From Terriglobales bacterium (lineage in GTDB: Bacteria; Acidobacteriota; Terriglobia; Terriglobales; Acidobacteriaceae), in assembly GCA_050013295.1 (NCBI GenBank), contig JBEKFN010000001.1, positions 1 through 39,007 of the forward strand: a DNA stretch of 39,007 bases, read 5' to 3'. The notes under the pieces are model-generated. The model had not been told where the DNA came from, made no database searches, and worked only from the letters and a program-made list of their open reading frames with translations. This document shows, in pieces, positions 24,022-32,153 of the stretch (positions within the stretch are counted from its first letter, which is position 1; every line of letters begins with the position of its first letter). The translations under genes were made by a program, and so were the position numbers.

Positions 24022-24476
24022 GGGTAGTGGTGCAGTTTGAATTCCACCGGGGTAGCAATCGGGTGCAGGCTGTGGGAAACTGGGGACATGACAATACCAG
24101 AATTGACCGACGTGGGATGGCTTGGACCAAGGTACGAAATGGATAGCGCCAGTCATCGCTTCGGCAAGTGCTCTGAGTGCCATGAGATCATCTGCGTCGA
24201 AAAAGCCGTGACCGATACACAGAATACGCAACCAGAAACCAATGAAATGCTCCACAAAGTATTTCGTACGCACGTTAAGCTGAAGCACTCCGAGGAAAGT
24301 AGCCAAGCCGCCGCGCGGATCGTCAGAGAGGCCACGGAAGACAAATAGCCAACCGGCTCGCTGCGGGAGTTCACAGTCTTTTGGACTGTAGAAGAGTGTC
24401 GGATTGTCGGGATAAACCGGCGCAATCGCATCTTGCCGCCACAGGTCCTGACTAAATTCAAACTGCACCACTACCC
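24022..24476. repeat. 455-bp cassette bounded by a perfect 22-bp inverted repeat (candidate non-autonomous mobile or invertible element)
   Basis: GGGTAGTGGTGCAGTTTGAATT at 24022-24043 recurs as its exact reverse complement at 24455-24476. Flanking direct hexamers are GGGATT and GGGACT. Confidence 0.75.
24088..24348 (+). CDS. Possible small CxxC protein (86 aa); the coding strand is ambiguous
   Basis: Glu/Lys/Thr-rich soluble-type composition (..FGKCSECHEIICVEK..). A codon-aligned 164-aa ORF on the opposite strand (23977..24471) cannot be excluded. Confidence 0.3.
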   Translation: MTIPELTDVGWLGPRYEMDSASHRFGKCSECHEIICVEKAVTDTQNTQPETNEMLHKVFRTHVKLKHSEESSQAAARIVREATEDK

Positions 24477-24504
24477 GGGACTTCGACTATCATCAGGTCA
24501 CGCT

Positions 24505-24726
24505 ATGGCCGGGTCGGAATGCGCCGTCTACAACGAGCTAAAAGATCGCGAGACCCGTGCGCACGCCGCATGGACTTCTTTTCTGTACCGCAACGAAGTT
24601 AAGCCGAGGCTTTCGGAGAAGGCAAAGCGGAAGCATCAGAAAGAAGAAATGGAAGCGTATCAGCAAGCTCACAAGGCGCGCCTGGCTCACATGAAAACGT
24701 GTCCAACCTGCATGTCCAACTTGTAA
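24505..24726 (+). CDS. Possible small CxxC protein (73 aa)
   Basis: MAGSECAVYNELKD...HMKTCPTCMSNL. Same frame as 24088..24348. No convincing SD. Confidence 0.35.
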   Translation: MAGSECAVYNELKDRETRAHAAWTSFLYRNEVKPRLSEKAKRKHQKEEMEAYQQAHKARLAHMKTCPTCMSNL

Positions 24727-25046
24727 ACATTGCAGTCGTCACAAAAGGGAAGATTCTGAAAGGGCCGTGGCACGATCTGAAATACTACTTGACATTGGGA
24801 GTTATAATAACAATATAGCTCAAGCGGTCGCAGCCGTAGTTAGCACTAAGTTCTTTGAAATTCATATTCAGCTCGACTTAGTAAGTCGGGAGCTGACTCG
24901 AAAGGCCAGGCGTAAGTTAGGTCCACTCCTAACTCCTGTGTTATCTAGATTTTGACCTTAACTACTTTAAACTCCTAGATCTTGGCCGTTTTAGCCCATA
25001 ACTCTATGATTCCAATAGAGGGGAGGGGGGAGGGGGGTACCTCCAT

Positions 25047-25739
25047 CTAGCGCACCACCAGCACTTCCCGAATGGCATCGCGCGCCAGGAAAAACTTGAT
25101 CGAGGCGAAATCCCGGAAGAGGTTCTCAATGTGCCGGTTGTTGAACACGCGCTGCAGCCGCGGAGATTGCTTTTCGGACGCGGGACGGCCGGGCGGTGCG
25201 AACTTCACCTCTTGCATCTCCAGCATGTCGGTGCCGGTCACGTGATAGCGATAGCAGGTCGAGTCCGGTCCGGCTTCGCGCGTGTGAAAAAACGCCAGCA
25301 GGTATCCGCCCGGCTTCATCAACGACCATAAACGGTCGATGGTCGGCTTCACCAGGCTCTCTTCCATGTAATCCGGAAGATTCCAGCAGAGCACCACGTC
25401 GAACAGAGCGTTCGCGTACACCAGGTTCTCATCCAGAAATTTCTTGCTGTCCAGAACCGAGTTTCCCGCGACGTCTTGAATGCGCAGCGCCGGCTCGAGT
25501 GACGACCGCAACAAATCTTCGCTGTAGGCTTTGTGTCCCTTGCCGGTGAGAAAGCGGATGTTGTTGGCGGAGGTCGAGCCCATGTCGAGCACGCACAGCC
25601 CCTCCTGCGAATTCAGCAGCCGGGAAATCTCCCCCATGCCGCTCGACCGGCGGGTCAGCTTCTGCGGGACTGCGGAACCCGCAGCCTGGTTCGAAGAGCT
25701 GCGAAAGAATTTCATTACGTTGTCAGAAACAGATGCCAT
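25047..25739 (-). CDS. Class I SAM-dependent methyltransferase fold protein with a non-canonical motif I
   Basis: VLDMGSTSANN (motif I position), FDVVLCWNL, LMKPGGYLLAF. Lies downstream of the bactofilin gene on the same strand. Confidence 0.75.
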   Translation of the reverse strand: MASVSDNVMKFFRSSSNQAAGSAVPQKLTRRSSGMGEISRLLNSQEGLCVLDMGSTSANNIRFLTGKGHKAYSEDLLRSSLEPALRIQDVAGNSVLDSKKFLDENLVYANALFDVVLCWNLPDYMEESLVKPTIDRLWSLMKPGGYLLAFFHTREAGPDSTCYRYHVTGTDMLEMQEVKFAPPGRPASEKQSPRLQRVFNNRHIENLFRDFASIKFFLARDAIREVLVVR

Positions 25740-25795
25740 AGAACAGGTGACCAGCGGCCAGTGCGGACGGTCGCGCGCGATCAGCCCCCCATCGC

Positions 25796-26161
25796 TTATG
25801 AAGACGCGGGCGCCGCCTTTCCGGCCTCTCTCTGAACATCAACTTTCCCTTTCAGGAAGGCGCCCTCTTCGATGGCGATGCGCTGCGTAGTCACGTCGCC
25901 ATTTACAACCGCCGACTTTCGCAACTCCACGCGCTCGGAGGCATTCACGCTCCCATCCAACTTACCCTGAATCACCACCGTTTTGGCGCTGACGTCGGCC
26001 TTGACGTTTCCGTTCGGCCCGACCGTCAGGCTGTGGTTGCGGAGCTCAATTTTCCCGTCGACGTTGCCATCCACGTACAAGTCTTCGGAGCCCGACAGCT
26101 CTCCCTTGATTACGACCGATTTTCCGATGTGGGCGCCCTCTCCGGTCTGCGGAGCATCCAT
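25796..26161 (-). CDS. Bactofilin (DUF583 polymer-forming cytoskeletal protein)
   Basis: Repetitive beta-helix pattern (VVIKGELSGSEDLYVDGNVDGKIEL...VVIQGKLDGSVNAS..VELRKSAVVNGDV). GGAGG SD. Confidence 0.9.
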   Translation of the reverse strand: MDAPQTGEGAHIGKSVVIKGELSGSEDLYVDGNVDGKIELRNHSLTVGPNGNVKADVSAKTVVIQGKLDGSVNASERVELRKSAVVNGDVTTQRIAIEEGAFLKGKVDVQREAGKAAPASS

Positions 26162-26413
26162 GCTTTGGCCTCCATCTCCTCGCGCTCTATTTGCCGCGAA
26201 TGAACCGATTGTAAATCATTCCGCCCGATTGCGGTCGGCCACGTAGCTGGAAATCATTCTCCATCAGGAACTTACAGCAGCCCGCTGGAAGTGCGGTTCC
26301 ACTCCGATGCAATCTTCGGTTTGCTACCATGATGTAAGCGGGAAGAAGATCTAAGCGGGGCATACGTGCCCACTCTAATCATGGCGGTCGTCAACTCGAT
26401 CTCGCGCAACTCC

Positions 26414-27328
26414 ATGGCTCCGAGTAGCGCGCACAGCATCGCCCGCATGAGCGCCTGGATTCTGCTGCTCACCGCGGCCAGTTTTGCGGGGCAGCCGACG
26501 GTCACTTCCTATCGGGATCCCTTGGAACTGGTGCGCGAAGCAGTGCAGAACGAAATTAGGGCGTCCAAGGACGACGCCGCTCACTTCCTGTTTCGCGGCA
26601 CCAAGACTACGCCTCAAGGATCCACCACAAGACTCTATGTCGAAACCAAGGAGGCTACTGCCGGCTTGGTGATTGCCTACAACGGCAAACCTCTGACTCC
26701 CGAACAGCGCCAGGCGGAAGAGGCGCGCGTCGAACGTTTCATCCACCATCCCGAAGAACTGAAAAAGAAGCGCGAGCAGGAGCGCGAGAGCGACGAGCGC
26801 ACCATGCGCATCGTGCGCGCACTCCCCGATGCTTTCCTGTTCGAATACGCAGGAGAGGAGCCGGCCTCAACTGGCATTGGCCGGTCCGGCGCCACTCTGG
26901 TCAAATTGAAGTTCCAGCCCAATCCCCGCTACATACCGCCCACGCGCGTCGAGGAGGTCCTGCCCGGCATGCGGGGCTACGTGCTGGTGGACGCCGTCCG
27001 TTACCGCATCGCCAGAATTGACGGCACGCTCTTCAAGCCAGTCAGCTTCGGGTGGGGAATTCTCGGTCACCTCGATCGCGGCGGCCGCTTCATGGTTCAG
27101 CAGCAGGAGGTCGGCGACAATCTCTGGGAAATTTCAAGCATGACGTTGAGCTTCACCGGGAAGATCCTGCTGTTTAAAAATCTCAACATCAGCTCGACGG
27201 AGGTTTTCAGCGGCTTCAAGCGGGTTCCCTCGGACCTGACCTTCACCCAGGCTGTGGAACTGCTGAAGAAGGAAGAATCCAACGAGTCCGCCGACAATCC
27301 TGCTGCCAGCAGACTCGCCCGCAACTGA
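26414..27328 (+). CDS. Secreted hypothetical protein (start uncertain: 26366, 26414 or 26447)
   Basis: Signal-like MSAWILLLTAASFAGQ. Normal composition. No domain recognised. Confidence 0.7.
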   Translation: MAPSSAHSIARMSAWILLLTAASFAGQPTVTSYRDPLELVREAVQNEIRASKDDAAHFLFRGTKTTPQGSTTRLYVETKEATAGLVIAYNGKPLTPEQRQAEEARVERFIHHPEELKKKREQERESDERTMRIVRALPDAFLFEYAGEEPASTGIGRSGATLVKLKFQPNPRYIPPTRVEEVLPGMRGYVLVDAVRYRIARIDGTLFKPVSFGWGILGHLDRGGRFMVQQQEVGDNLWEISSMTLSFTGKILLFKNLNISSTEVFSGFKRVPSDLTFTQAVELLKKEESNESADNPAASRLARN

Positions 27329-27334
27329 GGCGCT

Positions 27335-27415
27335 CGTGTGGGGACGGGCGTCTCGCCCGTCCGCGTTAGACAGCCGCCCTCGGCTGTCCAAGCCGAGCAC
27401 AGTTCGGCAACTGCC
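27335..27415 (+). repeat. GC hairpin repeat, family R2, copy a
   Basis: CGTGTGGGGACGGGCGTCTCGCCCGTCC...AAGCCGAGCACAGTTCGGCA. Shares both modules with 30455..30508. Confidence 0.8.
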
Positions 27416-27439
27416 TGTGGTCACAGCAACCGTTCCACG

Positions 27440-28558
27440 CTAAGCTTTCCCGGCGCGAAACGTTTCTTCGCGGACGGTGAACTTCCGCACCAGGTCTTCG
27501 CGCACCCGGTAGCCCGTTCCGGGAGCGTCACTGATGGCAATCACTCCATCGGCACGGACTTCCACTTCGGGCTCGATGATGTCCTCTTTCCAATAGCGCT
27601 TCGACGCCGACACATCTCCGGGCAAGCGGAAATTGTCGAGTGTCGACAAAGCGATGTTGTGCGCCCTCCCCACACCCGATTCCAGCATCCCGCCGCACCA
27701 CACCGGAACGTTGTGCCGCACGGTGACATCGTGTATCTTCTTCGCCTCGCTGAACCCGCCCACGCGCCCCACCTTAATGTTGATGATGCGGCAGGCGCCG
27801 GTCTCGAGCGCAAAATCGGCGTCGCGCGCATTAAGAATCGATTCGTCCAGACAGATCGCCGTCTGGATGGCATTCTGCAGTCGCGCATGAAGATAGATTT
27901 CGTCGTTCCACAGCGGCTGCTCGATCATGAGCAGCTTGAAGGCGTCGAACTTGCGCAGGTGCTCGACCTGGTCGGGCGTGTAGGCCGAATTCGCGTCCAC
28001 GCTGAGAACAATGTCCGCCCAGCGCGCCCGGATCTTCTCCAGCACATTCAGATCCCATCCCGGCTTCACCTTGATCTTGATCCGCCGGTATCCCGCCGCC
28101 AGCTCAGTCTCGATTTTCTGCAAAAGTTGCTCAGGCGTATCCTGAATGCCGATCGAAACGCCGCAAGCGATCTCGCGCCGCGTTCCTCCCAGCAACTTCC
28201 AGAGCGGTTGCTGTTTCTGCCGCGCCTCCGCGTCCCACACCGCGTTTTCCAGCGCGGCTTTTGCCATGCGGTGGCCGCGGACTCTGGCAAACCGCGCCGC
28301 ACAATCCCGGCCGGCATCCAATTCGCTCTGCAGCAGTAGCGGCGCCAGATAGTGCTTGATCGTGGGCCACGCGGTCTCGGTCCATTCCGGGCTGTAATAC
28401 GGATCTTCTCCGGCAACGCACTCGCCCCATCCGCGTACTCCATCGGCCTCGACGCTCGCCAGCAGGATGCGCCGGCTGTAAACGCGGCCAAAGCTCGTTT
28501 CAAAAAAATGCACGAGCGGCATATGAATTTCGCGCAGAGTTACGGATTCGATTTTCAT
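27440..28558 (-). CDS. menC: Enolase-superfamily o-succinylbenzoate synthase / N-succinylamino acid racemase family enzyme
   Basis: KxK (RIKIKVKPG). Metal ligands in SVDANSAY, MIEQP and CLDES. Second catalytic Lys in NIKVGRVGG. Confidence 0.85.
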   Translation of the reverse strand: MKIESVTLREIHMPLVHFFETSFGRVYSRRILLASVEADGVRGWGECVAGEDPYYSPEWTETAWPTIKHYLAPLLLQSELDAGRDCAARFARVRGHRMAKAALENAVWDAEARQKQQPLWKLLGGTRREIACGVSIGIQDTPEQLLQKIETELAAGYRRIKIKVKPGWDLNVLEKIRARWADIVLSVDANSAYTPDQVEHLRKFDAFKLLMIEQPLWNDEIYLHARLQNAIQTAICLDESILNARDADFALETGACRIINIKVGRVGGFSEAKKIHDVTVRHNVPVWCGGMLESGVGRAHNIALSTLDNFRLPGDVSASKRYWKEDIIEPEVEVRADGVIAISDAPGTGYRVREDLVRKFTVREETFRAGKA

Positions 28559-28649
28559 AATTTTGTTTTACAAGCGCCTGTGTAAAGGGTGCCCCATGTC
28601 TCGCGGTTTTTCGAGACGTGGGCCGCCGCGCAATGCGCACCGGAGCGCC

Positions 28650-29507
28650 CTAATACTGCCAGCCTTCGTCCCACTCTCCCAGCAGGAACCGCCCACTCCC
28701 GCGCCCGTCGCGCTCATAGCCGAGCACACACAGTCCTTCGGCAAACGCCCGCTGGAAGCGCTCACGATTCCTTTCCTGCACGGCTAGCGCCTGCGTACGC
28801 GTCGTCACCTCGGCCTTCCATTCGTAAACCTCCGCTGGCACATCGATGCGCGTGCGACATTCGAACTTCGCGCGCGGAGCATCCGCCAGCACCGCTTCGA
28901 CCCGCTTTGACTTCATCCACCACTCCGCCACCAGTCGGTCGGTGGGCAGACCACCCTGCAACGGCGACGATGTAATCCCGTACTGGTTCACGTTATAGCG
29001 GCGCGCGATCGCGCCCAGCTTCTCGATATTCAAGTACGCGTTCTTGACCTCCAGCGGATCGAACGTCCACTCCATCAGCTCGAAACCTCGCGCCAGAGCA
29101 TCTTCACGCTGATAGAGCTTCATTCGGCGTCCCAGGCCCCCATTGCGATATTGCTGGCGGACGGCCAGCATGTGCGAGTGCAGATAGCAGTAGCCGTTCC
29201 GCATTCCCGGAATCGCGAGCGCGAAGCCGATCAGTTCCTCTTTGTCGTCCCTTTCCTCGTTTCTTTGGTCGTTTTTATGAACGAAGGCCCCAAACACCTG
29301 CCCGCCGATCTTCGCCGCCACAACGAACATCCGCACCGGAACCAGGTCCGCATCCGAGAACTTCCATACTTCTTTCTGCAGCGCAAAGCAGGCCTGCATC
29401 TCGGCAAGCGCTTCGCACTTGCGGATGATCACTTCGCCGGTCTTCGCTATCGATATCTTGGTCGCTCCGGTCACGCCGGTTTTTCCTGCTGCTTCGCCTC
29501 TTGCCAT
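28650..29507 (-). CDS. GNAT-family acyltransferase-like protein
   Basis: LAVRQQYRNGGLGRRMKLYQRE (acyl-CoA binding loop) and MEWTFDPLEVKNAYLNIEKLGA. An alternative GTG start at 29474 overlaps the mazG stop (GTGA). Confidence 0.75.
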   Translation of the reverse strand: MARGEAAGKTGVTGATKISIAKTGEVIIRKCEALAEMQACFALQKEVWKFSDADLVPVRMFVVAAKIGGQVFGAFVHKNDQRNEERDDKEELIGFALAIPGMRNGYCYLHSHMLAVRQQYRNGGLGRRMKLYQREDALARGFELMEWTFDPLEVKNAYLNIEKLGAIARRYNVNQYGITSSPLQGGLPTDRLVAEWWMKSKRVEAVLADAPRAKFECRTRIDVPAEVYEWKAEVTTRTQALAVQERNRERFQRAFAEGLCVLGYERDGRGSGRFLLGEWDEGWQY

Positions 29508-30409
29508 AGTGTTTCCAGTTCGTCCATCGACGCCTGCTGCGGCGCACGCCCGCTGGCGCGCAGGCGCTCCTCCATCCATTGAAACCGGCGCTTGAACTTG
29601 CGATTCGTCTTCCTCAACGCCGACTCCGGATCGAGCGTCAGAAAGCGCGCAATGTTCACCAGCACGAAGAACAGATCTCCAACTTCATCTTCCAGGCGCT
29701 CACGCAGCTCTGGCGGAACCCGCGGCTTCCCCGACCCGGCAATTCCCGTCCCAAGCGATCGACCTTTGAGAGGAAGCATCGGCACGGCCTTCAGTTCCTC
29801 CCGCAACTCCGCTGTCTCTTCTGCGAGCTTGGCAAAAAGCCCTTCAATCTCCGGCCAGTCAAATCCCACGTGCGCCGCGCGCGAGCTGAGCTTATACGCC
29901 TCCATGAGCGCGGGCATTTTCGATGACACGCCCGCGAGCACTGATTGATCAGCGAGGCCTTGCGCGACGTCAGCCTGCTCGTCGTCAGCCTGCTTCGGAT
30001 TCTTGCCTCCGCCCGCCGCCAGACGTTTCTTTTTTTCTTCCGCTTTCAGCGCCTCCCAGTTGCGCAGCACTTCCGCGGAAGTGTCCGCCTTCACATCACC
30101 AAACACGTGCGGATGCCGATCTACCAGTTTGTTGGAAAGCCGGTCCAGCACATCATCTACCGAAAAGTGGCCCTCCTCGCTTGCCATCTGCGAATAAAAC
30201 AGCACCTGCAGCAGCAGGTCGCCCAACTCGCCGGTGAGTTCCGGCCAATCGCGATTGTCGATCGCTTCGAGGACTTCGTAAGTTTCTTCCAGCGTGTAGG
30301 GCTTGATGGTGTCGAAAGTCTGTTCGCGGTCCCACGGGCATCCACCCGGAGCCCGCAACCGTGCCATGATCTGAACCGCTCGCTCGAATCGTTCGCCTGT
30401 GGTGGACAT
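29471..30409 (-). CDS. mazG: MazG nucleoside triphosphate pyrophosphohydrolase (tandem MazG domains)
   Basis: CPWDREQTF..TLEETYEVLEAI...RHPHVFG, with a second EExxE-containing domain. Start at MSTTGERF. Confidence 0.92.
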   Translation of the reverse strand: MSTTGERFERAVQIMARLRAPGGCPWDREQTFDTIKPYTLEETYEVLEAIDNRDWPELTGELGDLLLQVLFYSQMASEEGHFSVDDVLDRLSNKLVDRHPHVFGDVKADTSAEVLRNWEALKAEEKKKRLAAGGGKNPKQADDEQADVAQGLADQSVLAGVSSKMPALMEAYKLSSRAAHVGFDWPEIEGLFAKLAEETAELREELKAVPMLPLKGRSLGTGIAGSGKPRVPPELRERLEDEVGDLFFVLVNIARFLTLDPESALRKTNRKFKRRFQWMEERLRASGRAPQQASMDELETLWQEAKQQEKPA

Positions 30410-30454
30410 CCTGTTCAATGTAAATGAGGTGAATTCCGCGAGCAATGGCGAAGC

Positions 30455-30508
30455 ACGTGTGGGGACGGGGCTTTGCCCCGTCCAAGCCGAGCGCAGCTCG
30501 GCAGTTTC
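30455..30508 (+). repeat. GC hairpin repeat, family R2, copy b
   Basis: CACGTGTGGGGACGGGGCTTTGCCCCGTCCAAGCCGAGCGCAGCTCGGCAG. Lies between the phosphodiesterase stop and the mazG start. Confidence 0.8.
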
Positions 30509-30540
30509 TAAGCCGGCGCAATTCGGAAAAGTTCTCACTC

Positions 30541-31185
30541 TTATCGCAGCGAGCGAACCATCAATTCCGTCTCATCCGAGATAAACGCATCCACGCCCCA
30601 CGCTGCGAGCTCGCCCATGCGCTCGGCGCGATTCACCGTCCAGACCATGATTCTCTTCCCCGCCGCATGAACCAGTTCGACCAATTTTCCATCCGCCAAT
30701 TTGAATTGCGGAATCACCCACTCCGCCGCCATTTCGCGCCAACCTCGAAGCTGACCCCGCGTCTCACAAAGAAGTCCCAGCGGAATCCCCGGATCGAGAG
30801 AGTGGATTGCCACAAGCACATCGGGAAGAAACGACGAAACCACGAATCCCTTTTGCGGCGGATGCTTGCGCAATTCAGCGAGCGTCTTCAGCCCCAGCCC
30901 CGCAACCTTTAGCTCGATATCGAGAAACGCCCGCTGCGCAAATTGCCGCAGAACATCCTCCAGTGTTGTCAACGGCAGGCCCGTCGAGGCCGTGTCCTCG
31001 ATCTTCAGCCCTCCGATGGTCGGGTCATGGCAGATCACAGCCTTCCCATCGGCGGAAAGCCGCACGTCGAATTCGAACCCGTCGCAGCCGTGGCGCAAAC
31101 AGAGCTCGAACGATGCCAAAGTGTTTTCAGGAATTTGGCGGAAAGCCCGAGCCCCACGATGCCCCAAAAGAAGAGGTCCAGTCAT
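30541..31185 (-). CDS. Glycerophosphodiester phosphodiesterase family protein
   Basis: LLGHRGA...PENTLASF...GFEFDVRLSADGKAVICHD motifs. Confidence 0.9.
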   Translation of the reverse strand: MTGPLLLGHRGARAFRQIPENTLASFELCLRHGCDGFEFDVRLSADGKAVICHDPTIGGLKIEDTASTGLPLTTLEDVLRQFAQRAFLDIELKVAGLGLKTLAELRKHPPQKGFVVSSFLPDVLVAIHSLDPGIPLGLLCETRGQLRGWREMAAEWVIPQFKLADGKLVELVHAAGKRIMVWTVNRAERMGELAAWGVDAFISDETELMVRSLR

Positions 31186-31280
31186 TCAAATCCCGCAACG
31201 AAAGGAGGAAAAGGGCAACAAGAATTGCTTTTTCTCAGCGTACTCTGCGATTGCTCTGCGATCTCTGCGTTAAACGGTTC

Positions 31281-31604
31281 TCAGTCCAAATCGAAATCCC
31301 GAATTGGTTTTCCCGTGTCTGGCGTCTCCTTGGCCTTCTTCACCGCCTCCTGGAATTTTTTCTCCAGCAGCTCCGAGGCATGCTTTTGCGCTTCCATCGA
31401 TTGGCGAAAAATCGAGTCGCGCCGGCTGTCCTGTTCCTTCATGGCGCGAGCCGCTTCTTCCATATCGTTGAAGGTTTTCGGCTTGACTGGCGCAGTATGC
31501 GCTATGATGCTGCGCGTGGCCGCGTCGATTTTCATCACCGCGCCGCAGCAAGGACAAGTCACGTCAAAACTAGACTCACGGGAATTGGATTCGCGTTTCA
31601 CCAC
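31281..31604 (-). CDS. Small zinc-ribbon protein with a charged helical tail
   Basis: A single CxxC (CPCC in CPCCGAVMKIDAATRSIIAH) is visible; the second Cys pair is not obvious. Lys/Glu-rich C-terminus. Confidence 0.6.
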   Translation of the reverse strand: MVKRESNSRESSFDVTCPCCGAVMKIDAATRSIIAHTAPVKPKTFNDMEEAARAMKEQDSRRDSIFRQSMEAQKHASELLEKKFQEAVKKAKETPDTGKPIRDFDLD

Positions 31605-31637
31605 ACGCGATCATACCGCAATTGGCCGCAATCCGCG

Positions 31638-31871
31638 TCAGCGTGGCGTAAGGCGAATCGGCAGAATATTGAACAGATACAGCATTTCCCAACCCAGCAG
31701 AACGATCGACACCACCACCACCAGAATCGCCAGAATCTCGCCAAAGCTCAGACCCCGGTCATGTTCGAAACGGCGCGCCCCCAGGCTCAAAATATTCAGC
31801 GTGGCGAAGCCAAACACCAGCGCCCAGAGAATGTTGTAAATCTCCCCGCGGGTCGTTCGCAGAAGGAACAT
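31638..31871 (-). CDS. Small two-TM membrane protein (start uncertain)
   Basis: MFLLRTTRGEIYNILWALVFGFATLNILS...ILAILVVVVSIVLLGW. The longer track ORF has an implausible Arg/Ser/Pro-rich N-terminus. Confidence 0.45.
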   Translation of the reverse strand: MFLLRTTRGEIYNILWALVFGFATLNILSLGARRFEHDRGLSFGEILAILVVVVSIVLLGWEMLYLFNILPIRLTPR

Positions 31872-32153
31872 TCCGGGCAGAACCCCGACCGCCAGCGCGC
31901 GTAGAGCACGGCCAGAGAACTCTACCCACCCGTGGGCCTGCCCCGTTACAACAAGCAGCGGTGAGCAGTTCCGGAACAAGGATGAGCAACTCCGGAATAC
32001 GGACGAAAGACTCCGGGGTGCAGCTATGAAAGGCCGAGGCGGTCTCATGCAGAAATTTGATAGTACCGTGTTTGCCTTCCCCAAGTCAGCCCAGCCCGCA
32101 AAAAAGACATTCTAAGGTCACTGCGGTTGATTTTCTCATGACGGTCACAGAGG

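Noticed and set aside
24022-24476. Inversion of the IR-bounded cassette acting as a coding switch (shufflon-like)
   Set aside because: I checked the phases. After inversion the open 164-codon frame would be out of frame with both the downstream CxxC ORF and the upstream ATG at 24008. No recombinase is nearby. A promoter-type switch cannot be excluded, so the locus is kept as a finding.
25020-25037. G-quadruplex in GGGGAGGGGGGAGGGGGG
   Set aside because: There are only three G-runs. Four separated GGG tracts with loops of at least 1 nt cannot be drawn without zero-length loops, so at best a weak two-tetrad structure is possible.
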